From Phoronis australis (lineage: Eukaryota; Animalia; Phoronida), in assembly GCA_002633005.1 (NCBI GenBank), contig NMRA01000232.1, positions 422,866 through 486,865 of the forward strand: 64,000 nucleotides of DNA, given 5' to 3'. Of the stretch, positions 25,019 to 36,189 are shown piece by piece (the first letter of the stretch is position 1; each line of letters starts with the position of its first letter). The position numbers and the translations under genes are program-made. The notes beneath the pieces are model-generated. The model saw nothing but the letters and a program-made list of their open reading frames with translations. It was not told where the DNA came from and did not search any database.

Positions 25019-28000
25019 TCTATGATTCACCGCCAGTGTTTTCCTTAACCCAAAATTGTTTTTCTTGTCTTAAGGATGCGTTCACATATTACGCCATCTT
25101 TTGAGTGGGAGGTTATTTGAAAAGGTCGGGATTTGTGAGAGGGGGAGGGTTAGGCTGATGGTGACGTCATCATGTGGTTAGTTAAAATGTCTTTTTCGCT
25201 GTACGTATCGTTGGGAAACGGGTTCACCTTCTAGCAGAATGAATTCCAAGACCTGAACCCGTCGTTTCACGCCTCCAAAATTTGCTCAAATATAAGACCA
25301 ACGACAGGCCCACTCCATTATAGCGTAAACCTGTCACTGACGAGCTACACGTGGTGTAGCGCATATAAGTAAGGATGCGCTTAAAAGCATAGGCAGTGTT
25401 GTGACGGACTTTAAATGTTCATCATTACATTAAATATGCCAGAGTCGTTTTAATTGCCTTTTATACTATACTTAAAGTTTCATTGTTTTAATAGTGGTAC
25501 TTCAGATTTGAAATCTCAAGTTTCACGTCACTCCAGATTGTCGATTCACAGAGCAGACTGACCAGAGAGTAGCAGACATTGGTACTGTTGTAACGTAACA
25601 TTTAAAAAGTCGTACTTCTAAAACGCTGTTGTTTATTCCTCGTAATATCCTCACTCCTCTGACGAATTTAGGTGTGGAAATATTTATCGTTTTTGATTTG
25701 ATAGTTTAAATGGCGTACTTTATTTCGTTCCTGTTGTGGAGAAAAGAGACGGCAAATCATGTTTCTGAAAGAAAACTTCAGAGAATACTACTGTGAACTA
25801 CAAGTCTTGCCGGGTTTCTCCTTTGGGAATAAATGACCAGATTTTTTAGAAGGCTTTAAAACATTGGGAGTATGTATGGTTTACCCTCACTTGAAAAAGT
25901 CAGAAAACCGGTACGTGATGTTATGCATATATTTTCTAGGGCAAATTGGTTCAAATTGTTACTTTGTATTTTTACTTAATATATCGCTTTTTCGTATGGG
26001 TCCACTAACGGAGAGGGTCACAGTGATAGAATCTATTGCTTCTCCTTACCTGTTTTTGTGAAATCGTGCATCCTTACGTTAAGGGAGCTGACCCGACGAC
26101 GGAATTAATTGTCAATATTTCCATTTTTCAAAAATGATATAGCCTTTCATATCACGTTATTTGTGCAGCATGTCCTCCATATTATGGATCAACCCCTTCT
26201 CGACGAGGTCCTCTCTTGCAAAGGCAGTGCGTGTCCATTGCTCCGCCCCCTATAAGTGCGGGCGCTATAATTTATTCACGAGGGGATTTAGAAAAAAATC
26301 TATCCCATGAATATCATCGCCTATGTGAAGCAACAACATCAACTCAGCATTGACGGGAATCGATGGTTTTATGTTGGTGCTTAACAATACCATAAGTATT
26401 GTATTTCTTTTGAAAATCGCCATTAGAAAAGCATCACTGATAGAGAACTGAGGCAGTTGTTCGTGCAAAGCTCGCTGTGTACTACATGTGTGTTGATCAG
26501 ACTTTTTGGAGCGCAAGATTAATTTATATCATAAATCGTGACTGTTACCACCGGTACGCACTAGAATTCATGTTAATACGAATAAATTCTACGGAGAATT
26601 TCTCGGGGTAGATCCCTAAACCCGCTAGACAGTTCCTTAGCGTGCGAGGCTAAATCGCGCAATTAGCGCGTGAGTCTGCGAGAGATGCAAATCAAGGAGC
26701 ATCTCAATACTGAAAGGCATGAGTTGCGATGACAGTCACTTTTGTTAACAGATGTCAAGCGAAGTGCTGGACAGAGAGCTCTTAAGTTACAAGATTTGCA
26801 CTGGCAAGAGATCAGCCATGTAGTTATGGTGTCAAATAACACTCGACCATGAAAATACACTAGGTTTTCAAATTCTTTCAGTTGCGGCTTCAATACCATA
26901 ACAATCGCAAGTTATGGCCAATCACCCCGACATCAGCTGACCAGCTAACCCGGGATACGAGAGATAAAAGCTAACTTTGTGAAAAATACGAAACTCCGTT
27001 AACACCCCCTCACTATAATCACGCACTGACGGCATAAATTAATTATCAAGTGCTGTTTTTGCAACCCCTTCGCTATTTTAGGAGAAAGTCGCGTTTCATT
27101 GTTCGGTGCACATGGAGCGCAATGCTAAAATCAATTTTACTCTACTCAGTTAACCACCCGAGTGCCCACGCGCTACGCATGCTTAACTCGAAACCGTGAA
27201 CTCGTGTATTATTGCCTGAAGTGACTGCTCTATTTTCATAATTCCCTTGGCAATTGTTAATATTAATTGGACTTGCTGGCTTCAACTATGTGGCAATTCT
27301 TAATCGGCCATTTCCAACACATTTGTTTGGCTTTAGCTCTCAGGTAAATTTGCAAAAAGTGCGGATTTATTTTCGTGGTCTGATGGTCAAGGTTTTTAAT
27401 TTTTCAAAATGATAAAGCAACAGGGTTATCAGCTATAAGTACTTAGTTATTGCTTTAAAAGGAGATGGTTATTGCTGGTGTGTAGGTTGTAGCAGAACCT
27501 TTTTTACAAATCATTGATGTACCATTGACCGAGAGTGTCCCCGTCATTTTGACTGGCGTACTTGTATGCTAGGTTTCAACTCACAGATGAGTTATCGAGA
27601 TAAGTACGACACTAGTTTCATGTACAGTGTATTTCAACTTCGAGATGATAGTGTAACTGTTCTTGTGATGCATTCAACGAAACTTACTAAACACGTCCTA
27701 GAAACGCCATCGTCAACGGCTGTTCGCCTATCATAAGTATACAGTAGTTCGACCTCAAAATTGTTTCCGAGAAAAACACTTTCTTCAGGCATTTCAATTG
27801 CATTAATAACTCACTTTCGCGACTGCAAGGTAGGGACTGTCCGTGTTGTATTCTGGGCTCTTAGTTGACGATCTGCCACTCACTGGTCAAGTGTAAAACA
27901 ATACTGTACGTATGTCATACATTTCCAGGTTGATCATGACTGCGCATGCACCTAAACTCAAAACAAACACCTCGTTAACCCAGTAACTTGAAAACATTAA

Positions 28001-28640
28001 CCAGGATATTTTACGTAATGTAGAATTACTGTTTTATAGGCGGATTTAGGGGGGCCGCCCCCCCCCCTTGGTTGCCGCAAAAAAACAGCAAGAGCGTAAG
28101 GAAATGTTGAGTTTATTACTTAACCCCGGCAATTAAAATTATGCGGATGAAACAATATTTAAATGTGCGCAGTTTTAGTGTTTGGGGGGCTCAGATCCAA
28201 TATCAAGTGTCAAATTCGGAACAGAGCGCATTCATAACGGAACTATCATGGCTAAGTATAGGCTCTCCCGTGAAATCCCAGGCGACCCGCAGTGGCGCTG
28301 CGCACTACGACTCCGTTTCCGTCGTCTGCTCCACTGTGCAATGAAGAAAGTTTACTTCATTTTTTTAAAGAAAATGGAACCTGAGTGACGATGAAAAAAC
28401 AGAAGCTGCTGGTAAGATGTGAATTTTAATCGAAGCCTTAGTGAATCACTAAGAAACTCATAATTCTCTCTTTGTCAAACCTTAACTAGAGACGATTTCC
28501 AAAGCAATCCCGTCATTATTGCCAACACGAAAAACGGATTTGGTCTTTTGGGCATTTGAAGACTATTTTAAATACAACAAATTTGTTAAGAACCGATTGC
28601 ACAAAATATAAAACGTGTAATAAACATTACAAAAAGAAAT

Positions 28641-31600
28641 TAGTCTAGTTGCCAGCCCAATAGCCCCCATAGTGAACCTTGCAATGTTGATTACTGTAAA
28701 TTTTTTTGTTGAAATATATTAAATATGATCAGGAGAACAAAATTAGCTTGGTTGCACTTAGTGCAACTTTGAGCATTTTTTGCAATTCATGATGGCGGAT
28801 TCCGCCATTTTGAATTTCGACCCACTTAAGTTATTTCAATTTGATAACTAACAGGGTCATGTAATACATTGTTTATACCACTTTCTAGGATGAGGAGTCC
28901 ATTTCTGGTGTTATTTTATTAATACGGGGTTATTTTAATGGTCAAACCGGAGGTCAAAGGTCAAAACTGCCTAGCAGACTTCTGACATTTGGTTTCTTAT
29001 CTCATTGTTTTTCATTTTCTCCGTTACGTTAGTAATAATGACAGAAATAAATCATAGGATTTCATTGTCCGAATTTATTTTTTGTGTTGGTATTTTGTTA
29101 GTAAGTAACAAGTTAATAAACCATTCGTGAAATTTTGAGAAAATTTAGGAAGATCGAGTAAAAAAGTCGTAGTAACGGTGTTTTTTGGAGTAGTGGTCCT
29201 TCGAAGTAGCTGGTTTTTTCGGAGTGGTGGGCCATCGGAGTAGTAACCTGTTACACTCCAGTATAGTCAACTGAAAGGCTAGAACCGATGCACTGTAGAT
29301 ATACAATCTCATCACAGCCATGTTGTTACTTAATGCCTACTCAAATGGGACCAAGTCTTATGTAGAGCTGATGGTTTACCTGGAGACGGTCGATATCCAC
29401 CCACATCGTTAAATTGTCTTTGTAAGTCAACACTGCTGTCTCTCATGTTTCTGCCTTAGCTTCTTCCTCCAACAACCCTGTCTGAAGGAGATGTTGATAT
29501 ATTTCATTGAAGCAGGTCATCATAAACGTGGAATTTCTTCTCGACTAGTATATGATAGCGCCTCCATGTACGTTGTCTTAATTTTCACAATTTGCACGTA
29601 ACTCCATTCATAAATTAACAATAAACGGCTAGGCGCAATAACGTCAACCTAAACTACGACAAAATTCGACAAACGTGCGATAAGTGTTCGACTAAGGTGC
29701 CAAACATTTCTGGCAAGAAGTTTATACCAAGTTTAGCAGCTTGACAGAGTTCTTTCGAAGTTTATATTGAAGTTTGCTGGGTGTAGAGCACCTGTCCAAT
29801 AGCCAAAAAGTTCTACTCGAAGCTGCGCACAGCTGTCAACACTTGGATGGCAAGGCTGTAGTACCAGCTGACCGATTCGAAAAACAGGGATACTGAGTAA
29901 AAGGTTCTGGGATCATAAGAGGCATTTTAATGAGAGCCGAGCAATTAAGTGGACATGTGGATATAGAGTTTTAGTGGGTGTACTGCCATGGAGAACATAT
30001 TATTAAGTAATGCGGAACGAAGGTGGTGAAGAGCAAACGTCATGTAGTGGAGTGACAGAAAAAAGACTAAAGTACATGAAGGGAGGATAGGAGCTGAACG
30101 AGGAAGACTAGAGAAAGATTGCGGAGGAGATAGAGAAGCACAGATACCCGCTCACTGACCATCGATCATATATCTATAACATCTGCAATCGCCGAGTAAA
30201 TTCCAGTACGAGCTGGTCATTGGGCATGAGCAAAGTAGTCAGCTTTTTAGTTTTTATAAGCAGTGAATGTTACAAAGCGATTTAAGAAAAAGTCAAAATA
30301 CTGGAGTTGCTGAAGAAGACTTACTGTCGATGGAAGGCCACTACGCTGAGACGCTGTTCAGTTGCCTGTTAGTTGTAAGACAGCAATGTAACATTAAAAT
30401 AGCTGATATCTGTCAGTATGAACTTATTGAGTCCACTCCCTACAGTCCAGGGGCCCGTTCCAAGAAACTGACTTAAGTTCATTTTTGACTTAAGTCTAAG
30501 ATTTGTCTTAACTACCATACTTTGAAAATTCCACATCCGGAAAGATGGTCAAAATTAAGACAAACCTTTTATAAAAAATTTACTTCAAACTTAAGATCTC
30601 TTTCTTGAAACGTTATAGAGGCAAATTTAAGTCTTCTCTTAAAATTTACTAAAATTTAAGATTTGTCTTAAGTCAGTTTTGTCGGAACGGGCCCCAGATC
30701 GACAAATACGACAGTCTGAGGAAGGGTCACAAAGCCATTTTTGTCAAATCTCTTCGCGTTATGTCACAAATCATTCTGCTCCGGAGGTAGAGTTGATTGC
30801 TGTTGCCCAGCTTTTGTACCTGGTCTTTTGAGTGTTTCCATAAGTACATGAGATTCAGGTAAAACCTCGGCACTCTACTAGCTCCCTGCCCTCCCGCTTG
30901 TGAAACAATTATTCGCTTTGGAAAATGTGACCACAAAGATCCCTACACAAAGGACCATTACACGATAACATGAGGGAAAGTTGAGGAAATCATGCTAACC
31001 CCAGTTTCCAAACATCCCTTTTGCAGCTAAGAAATTAGTATTCTAAATAACGCTATGTTAAACAAGCTTCTATGTGTATGAAGCTATTCCCTTCTATTCA
31101 ACATCGAACAGGTCAAAAAGAGCCACTGTGTAATTACACATGCTGAAGCAGACTGAGGCTGTATGGGTAAATGTTGAAAGTGGTGGAAGAAGGCACCCAC
31201 CCCCTCAGAATCACTTGTGACAACACTGACGTCTCCGAGCTCTTGATTTATGGGGCGTCTAGGATGACATTTGACGCCAAGACTCAAATGGACTCAAATG
31301 GAGAAGTGGAATGGTAGTATTTCGGACATAATGGAACATTTTAGAGATTTGACCTGAAAAAGTGCCGCCAACATGAGAGGTCACAAGACGTGAAGGTAAT
31401 GGGCAAAGAAAAGTTCTTGGTTTGAACGAGCTGCCAGACACGCCAATGTGACCCCTCTCTGAGTACACACGAAGGTAAGTTGAACTTCTCTCAGTCAGTG
31501 CCTCCTGAGCGGTATGCGTAGGTCTGGTACAAAAATATTTTAAACTTATTATTGAGATGTTGGGAGGATATCTTATTCCAGTATTTAGCTGTCCCTTATT

Positions 31601-32011
31601 CTTGATATAATGGAATCACACAAATGATAATTCCACATTTCCCATAAATTTAACATTTCGTCGGTTAAAGGGGTGCATTTTCCTTGATTCAGTTCAAAGT
31701 GACAGTTGGCCTCTCATTTGACCTTGACTTTGACCTTGCATCCATTACATGATATCAGAAATGGACTCTCCGTCCCAAAAAACATTGGAAACCATTTAGT
31801 TGCAGTATCCTACACGGTATCATGTTCAGAGTGTGGAAATTGGGCGAAATTCAAGATGGCGGAAGCCGCCATATTGAATTATAAAAAATGCTCAAAGTTG
31901 CACAAAGTGCAACCAAGTTAATTTTATTCTCCTAACCACAAGTAATAAATTTTCAAACGAAAACTTTGCAGTAAACAACATTGCAGGGTCAACTTTTTGG
32001 CAGCTAGACTA
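28641..32011 (+). mobile_element. Academ-like DNA transposon (decayed, 3.4 kb)
   Basis: Termini TAGTCTAGTTGCC / GGCAGCTAGACTA, ~300-bp imperfect TIRs (28641-~28960 vs ~31700-32011), 3-bp TSD AAT/AGT against the empty site gaaat^aggttt at 62791-62800, and a frameshifted HAEAD...RITCDNTDVSELL motif (31139-31245) resembling the HEEAD...DTDV nuclease motif of Academ transposases. Confidence 0.75.
30451..30694. mobile_element. PIF/Harbinger (Tourist-like) MITE nested in the Academ-like element
   Basis: Perfect TIR GGGCCCGTTCC/GGAACGGGCCC with longer imperfect extension; 3-bp TSD CAG (30448-30450, 30695-30697). Confidence 0.8.
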
Positions 32012-32069
32012 AGTAGGTTTCGCGCGCAAACGCTGTGGACCATAAACAAGTATTAGATTAGTAGTTAAA

Positions 32070-32135
32070 TCGTGGTGGTGCAGTGGTATAGCACGCGCGC
32101 TCTATTCGCCAAGACGTGAGTTCGAGTCTGCGGTA
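32070..32135 (+). other. tRNA-derived Pol III promoter-like segment (A and B boxes) inside the hAT-like element
   Basis: TGGTGCAGTGG (32076-32086) and GTTCGAGTC (32120-32128) at tRNA-like spacing; degenerate counterparts at ~62871-62923 and inverted at ~32705-32755. No complete cloverleaf. Confidence 0.5.
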
Positions 32136-32369
32136 CTTGCACGTTTTTCTGTTTGACACGTTCTCCGTGTTTTTTTTGCCTTTTTTTCTTAGATATTACT
32201 TCAGGAATCAAGGAAAATGCTTGATTTTTAGAGGAAAAAACAGAAAAATTTCCTGGGCTGGAGGGGGGTTTGGCCCCCTGCCGACCTCCCCCCATTCGGT
32301 GCTATGCGCATCTACAATCGAAGTTTGCGCAGAATGTCGTTAGGGTGCAAAATTCCGTCTCGTACACAG

Positions 32370-33220
32370 TCGCGCAAAGCGCGATTGTAGAGGCGCGTAG
32401 CACCGAATTGGGAGAGGTTGGGGAGGGGGAGTTGCCCCATCCGCCCAGGGGAAATGATGTTTTTGCCTCTGTAAATCCAGCATTTTCTTGATTTCTGAAG
32501 TATAATCAGACCTCGACGGCTCTACAGTTTGGCCAACTCGCTATTTGCGACTAGTGCTGAAAAACCCCACGATCCAGATCGTTTTCTGGAATCCGACGTA
32601 GCTGCACTGCAAATTTTCAACTCGTCAAACTGCCTCTAAAAACGCCCTTGATTTTAGACTTTTACCTGCTGGTTTAAAAACGAAAACTTCGTAAAAACTG
32701 CATGAAGTCACGACCTATTGGCCAGAGCGTGCGTTCTCTTCGCGCCACAACGCTTCCAACTAAAACACTTAGCTAAGAGACATACTTGTTTATGGTCCAC
32801 AACTTACGCGCAAACCTGCTTCTTTCGTAATATTTATTACTCCGGCGCTTTATATTTTATGCAAAAGTTGTTGTGTTTTAAACAGTCTTAAAGTTGCCCA
32901 AAAACAAAATTAATCCATTTTTCTTGTTAGCGTTAACCACGCGCTTGCTTTAGAAATCCTGAGACGAGTATCATTACTGGTCTCAGGCATATAGTCTTAA
33001 AATTTTAATGTTTGACAAAAAGAGAATTATGAGTCATTCACTAGGGTTCGATTAAAATTTACATCTTACAAGCAGCTTCTGCTTCTTCGTCGTCACTTAC
33101 CTCTCGTTTTCTTTGAAAATATGAAGTAATTTTCTGCACTGCAGAGTGGAACGGACGACCGGGAAACGAAGTGGTAGTGATTAGCGTTGCTGCCAGTCGC
33201 CTGGAGTGGGATATCACGCA
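32370..33220 (-). mobile_element. Inverted, diverged relative of the 28035/62184 element
   Basis: 32370-32500 is reverse-complementary to 32200-32330; 32700-33220 to 28260-28640 + 32015-32130. Confidence 0.7.
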
Positions 33221-33370
33221 ATGACACGTTGACCTGGACGGCATGACTTGGACCGCAATGGAACAACACGAGGACGTGGTTCATAGGCGCTTTAGTTATT
33301 GTTATATAAACATTTAGTAATAACTAATGTTATTAAAATGACTGTGTTCAGGGCTCTCACTCAGACAAAC

Positions 33371-35300
33371 TCGGGAATTGGGACCTAAGGCTTCTGAATG
33401 GGATATCATAGACTGAGTCGGGCGCTCAAGGGACTATTGTACAGCACGGTCGATGTCGCATATATTCCAATATTTCAGTCTCTACATCACTTCACTAGTT
33501 CCGTGAGCGCGCAGCTTAAGACGTTCCACAAATTCCTGTTGGCATGCAGCCGTTGAGGTTGGAACAGTCTACGGTTGCAAATTGTAAACTTGTGTAGTTT
33601 TGCTTACTACATGTGCCACTTTTGAGCGGGCTTGGCCTTTTTCAACAATTGGAATTTTTGAACAACCCCTTTGAAAATGCTCCAGAAGCCATATACAACC
33701 GCACCCTTTCAACGCATTATCCTAATAAAGTGAACTTACCCTAAACAGAATCCTAATGAAGTGAATATTGACTTTCAGCCTGTTTCACTCTTGGAAATAG
33801 TTTCGGATACGATAATACCATCTACTCTTTCCTCCCCATCTCGCGTTAAAGGTGTCTTGTGTAAGACCTACTTTCGTACACCTTACGAATGATTTGGCAG
33901 TACCGTAATAACGTCAAATTCACAAAAGGTCAAAATTGTTCATTAAACGCGTAGGGAGAAGTCTGAATTTGAGAGCGCAAGGACAAAAGGGCAGTCGAAT
34001 TAGTTAGTATCCCCCTCCCCAGTAGTGCTTACCTTGCTATACCGGTAATGGAGGGGGCGTTGAAGTAAAACTGTAGCCGGGGGACTACAACATATGTGTG
34101 GACGGTGGGAGGTGCCGCTGTCAGTAGTGAAGGGGTAAGGGAGGAACGAATGACGACCTCGGGNNNNNNNNNNNNNNNNNNNNNNNNNNNNNNNNNNNNN
34201 NNNNNNNNNNNNNNNNNNNNNNNNNNNNNNNNNNNNNNNNNNNNNNNNNNNNNNNNNNNNNNNNNNNNNNNNNNNNNNNNNNNNNNNNNNNNNNNNNNNN
34301 NNNNNNNNNNNNNNNNNNNNNNNNNNNNNNNNNNNNNNNNNNNNNNNNNNNNNNNNNNNNNNNNNNNNNNNNNNNNNNNNNNNNNNNNNNNNNNNNNNNN
34401 NNNNNNNNNNNNNNNNNNNNNNNNNNNNNNNNNNNNNNNNNNNNNNNNNNNNNNNNNNNNNNNNNNNNNNNNNNNNNNNNNNNNNNNNNNNNNNNNNNNN
34501 NNNNNNNTCGGGAATTGGGACCTAAGGCTTCTGAATGGGATATCATAGACTGAGTCGGGCGCTCAAGGGACTATTGTACAGCACAGTCGATGTCGCATAT
34601 ATTCCAATATTTCAGTCTCTACATCACTTCACTAGTTCCGTGAGCGCGCCACTTAAGACGTTCCACAAATTCCTGTTGGCATGCAGCCGTTGAGGTTGGA
34701 ACAGTCTACGGTTGCAAATTGTAAACTTGTGTAGTTTTGCTTACTACATGTGCCACTTTTGAGCGGGCTTGGCCTTTTTCAACAATTGGAATTTTTGAAC
34801 AACCCCTTTGAAAATGCTCCAGGAGCCATATACAACCGTACCCTTTCAACGCATTATCCTAATAAAGTGAACTTACCCTAAACAGAATCCTAATGAAGTG
34901 AATATTGACTTTCAGCCTGTTTCCTTCTTGGAAATAGTTTCGGATACGATAATACCATCTACTCTTTCCTCCACATCTCGCGTTAAAGGTGTCTTGTGTA
35001 AGACCTACTTTCGTACACCTTACGAATGATTTGGCAGTACCGTAATAACGTCAAATTCACAAAAGGTCAAAATTGTTCATTAAACGCGTAGGGAGAAGTC
35101 TGAATTTGGGAGCGCAAGGACAAAAGGGCAGTCGAATTAGTTAGTATCCCCCTCCCCAGTAGTGCTTACCTTGCTATACCGGTAATGGAGGGGGCGTTGA
35201 AGTAAAACTGTAGCCGGGGGACTACAACATATGTGTGGACGGTGGGAGGTGCCGCTGTCAGTAGTGAAGGGGTAAGGGAGGAACGAATGACGACCTCGGG
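33371..35300. repeat. ~793-bp near-identical direct duplication flanking the N gap (33371-34163 / 34508-35300); likely assembly artefact
   Basis: Both copies run tcgggaattgggacc...gacgacctcggg and abut the gap 34164-34507; about 8 substitutions counted. Confidence 0.85.
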
Positions 35301-36012
35301 TAGAAACTGGGTGGTGGGCCCTAACAATGGCCTCGAGACAAAATTCCAAGGAAAACTGCCGGGTTGCACTCTATTCAAAATATATTAACGTTGTTTGTAC
35401 GTCAAATCAAGCAAAACATCGTGAAGCACTCCACGTTGTACAACACCTAAAACATTACTATCATGTCCTGCTTTTCGCCAGCAAACAGTCAGATTTTTTT
35501 GGGCTCCCATGTCACTCTTCCAACCCCTTATTACAGTTAACGTTTTTGGTCGTTGGAGGGGGCGGGGATGCTAGATGCCAGCGTAGCCGGCGGCAAGATG
35601 AATCCGCATCCGTGCAGCGTGCCCATGTTGGGAGTATCTGTGAAACAGTCAGCGCCTTTTCTCAATATGGACCTATAAAATATTAACTGAATCAAAATTG
35701 AATAAAAAATTGGACGCTTTCTGCAGAATTATGTTGCAAAATGGGCTATTTTGTTCAGTAACCCTAGAAATAAACCCTTTAGTGGTGAATTAAGCGGAAA
35801 AGGCACCCTTTCATATGGATCAGTCACCCATCTGAGCGGTACGTCCTAAACTACTTCCGGCCTTATAGGTGAGTGGTCCCGGTCCCTTTTTCGTGGTACG
35901 TGACCCCGCAACAAAAGTGTCAAAGAAATAGCCCTTTGCATCAGGGGTGCTTAGAGAACGACGCCACTGAGGGCGACCACAGTTTTTGCACATAATCTCT
36001 GACGATGCGGAG

Positions 36013-36189
36013 CTATTTCGGAGGTCTAAGCGAGTGCCAAGCGGACGCGGGTTTTCTTAGTGACGTAATCATCTGATTCCAGTGAGCCAGTTCTGTTCCT
36101 GTGGTATTGGGGCCGACGATCACGTGACCCAATGGAACATTCTTGCTTTTTGGAAGCTGCTCAGCGACTGATATCCGTAATTCTGTATC
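36013..36189 (-). CDS. SYT12: SYT12-like last exon (C2B end, ...WHSLRPPK*)
   Basis: ttttttacag|GAT...AAA TAG. Confidence 0.9.
   Translation of the reverse strand, partial: DTELRISVAEQLPKSKNVPLGHVIVGPNTTGTELAHWNQMITSLRKPASAWHSLRPPK

Larger units (their letters stand above)
28035..32345 (+). mobile_element. hAT-like non-autonomous element (family of 62184-63151) split by an Academ-like insertion
   Basis: 28035-28640 aligns to 62184-62799 and 32015-32345 aligns to 62796-63100; begins with (t)ataggcggattta TIR. Confidence 0.8.

Noticed and set aside
32070-32135. Functional tRNA gene
   Set aside because: No convincing acceptor or anticodon stems; embedded in a repeated element.
34096-34548. 150-aa and 141-aa ORFs
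   Set aside because: Mostly N-gap translation.
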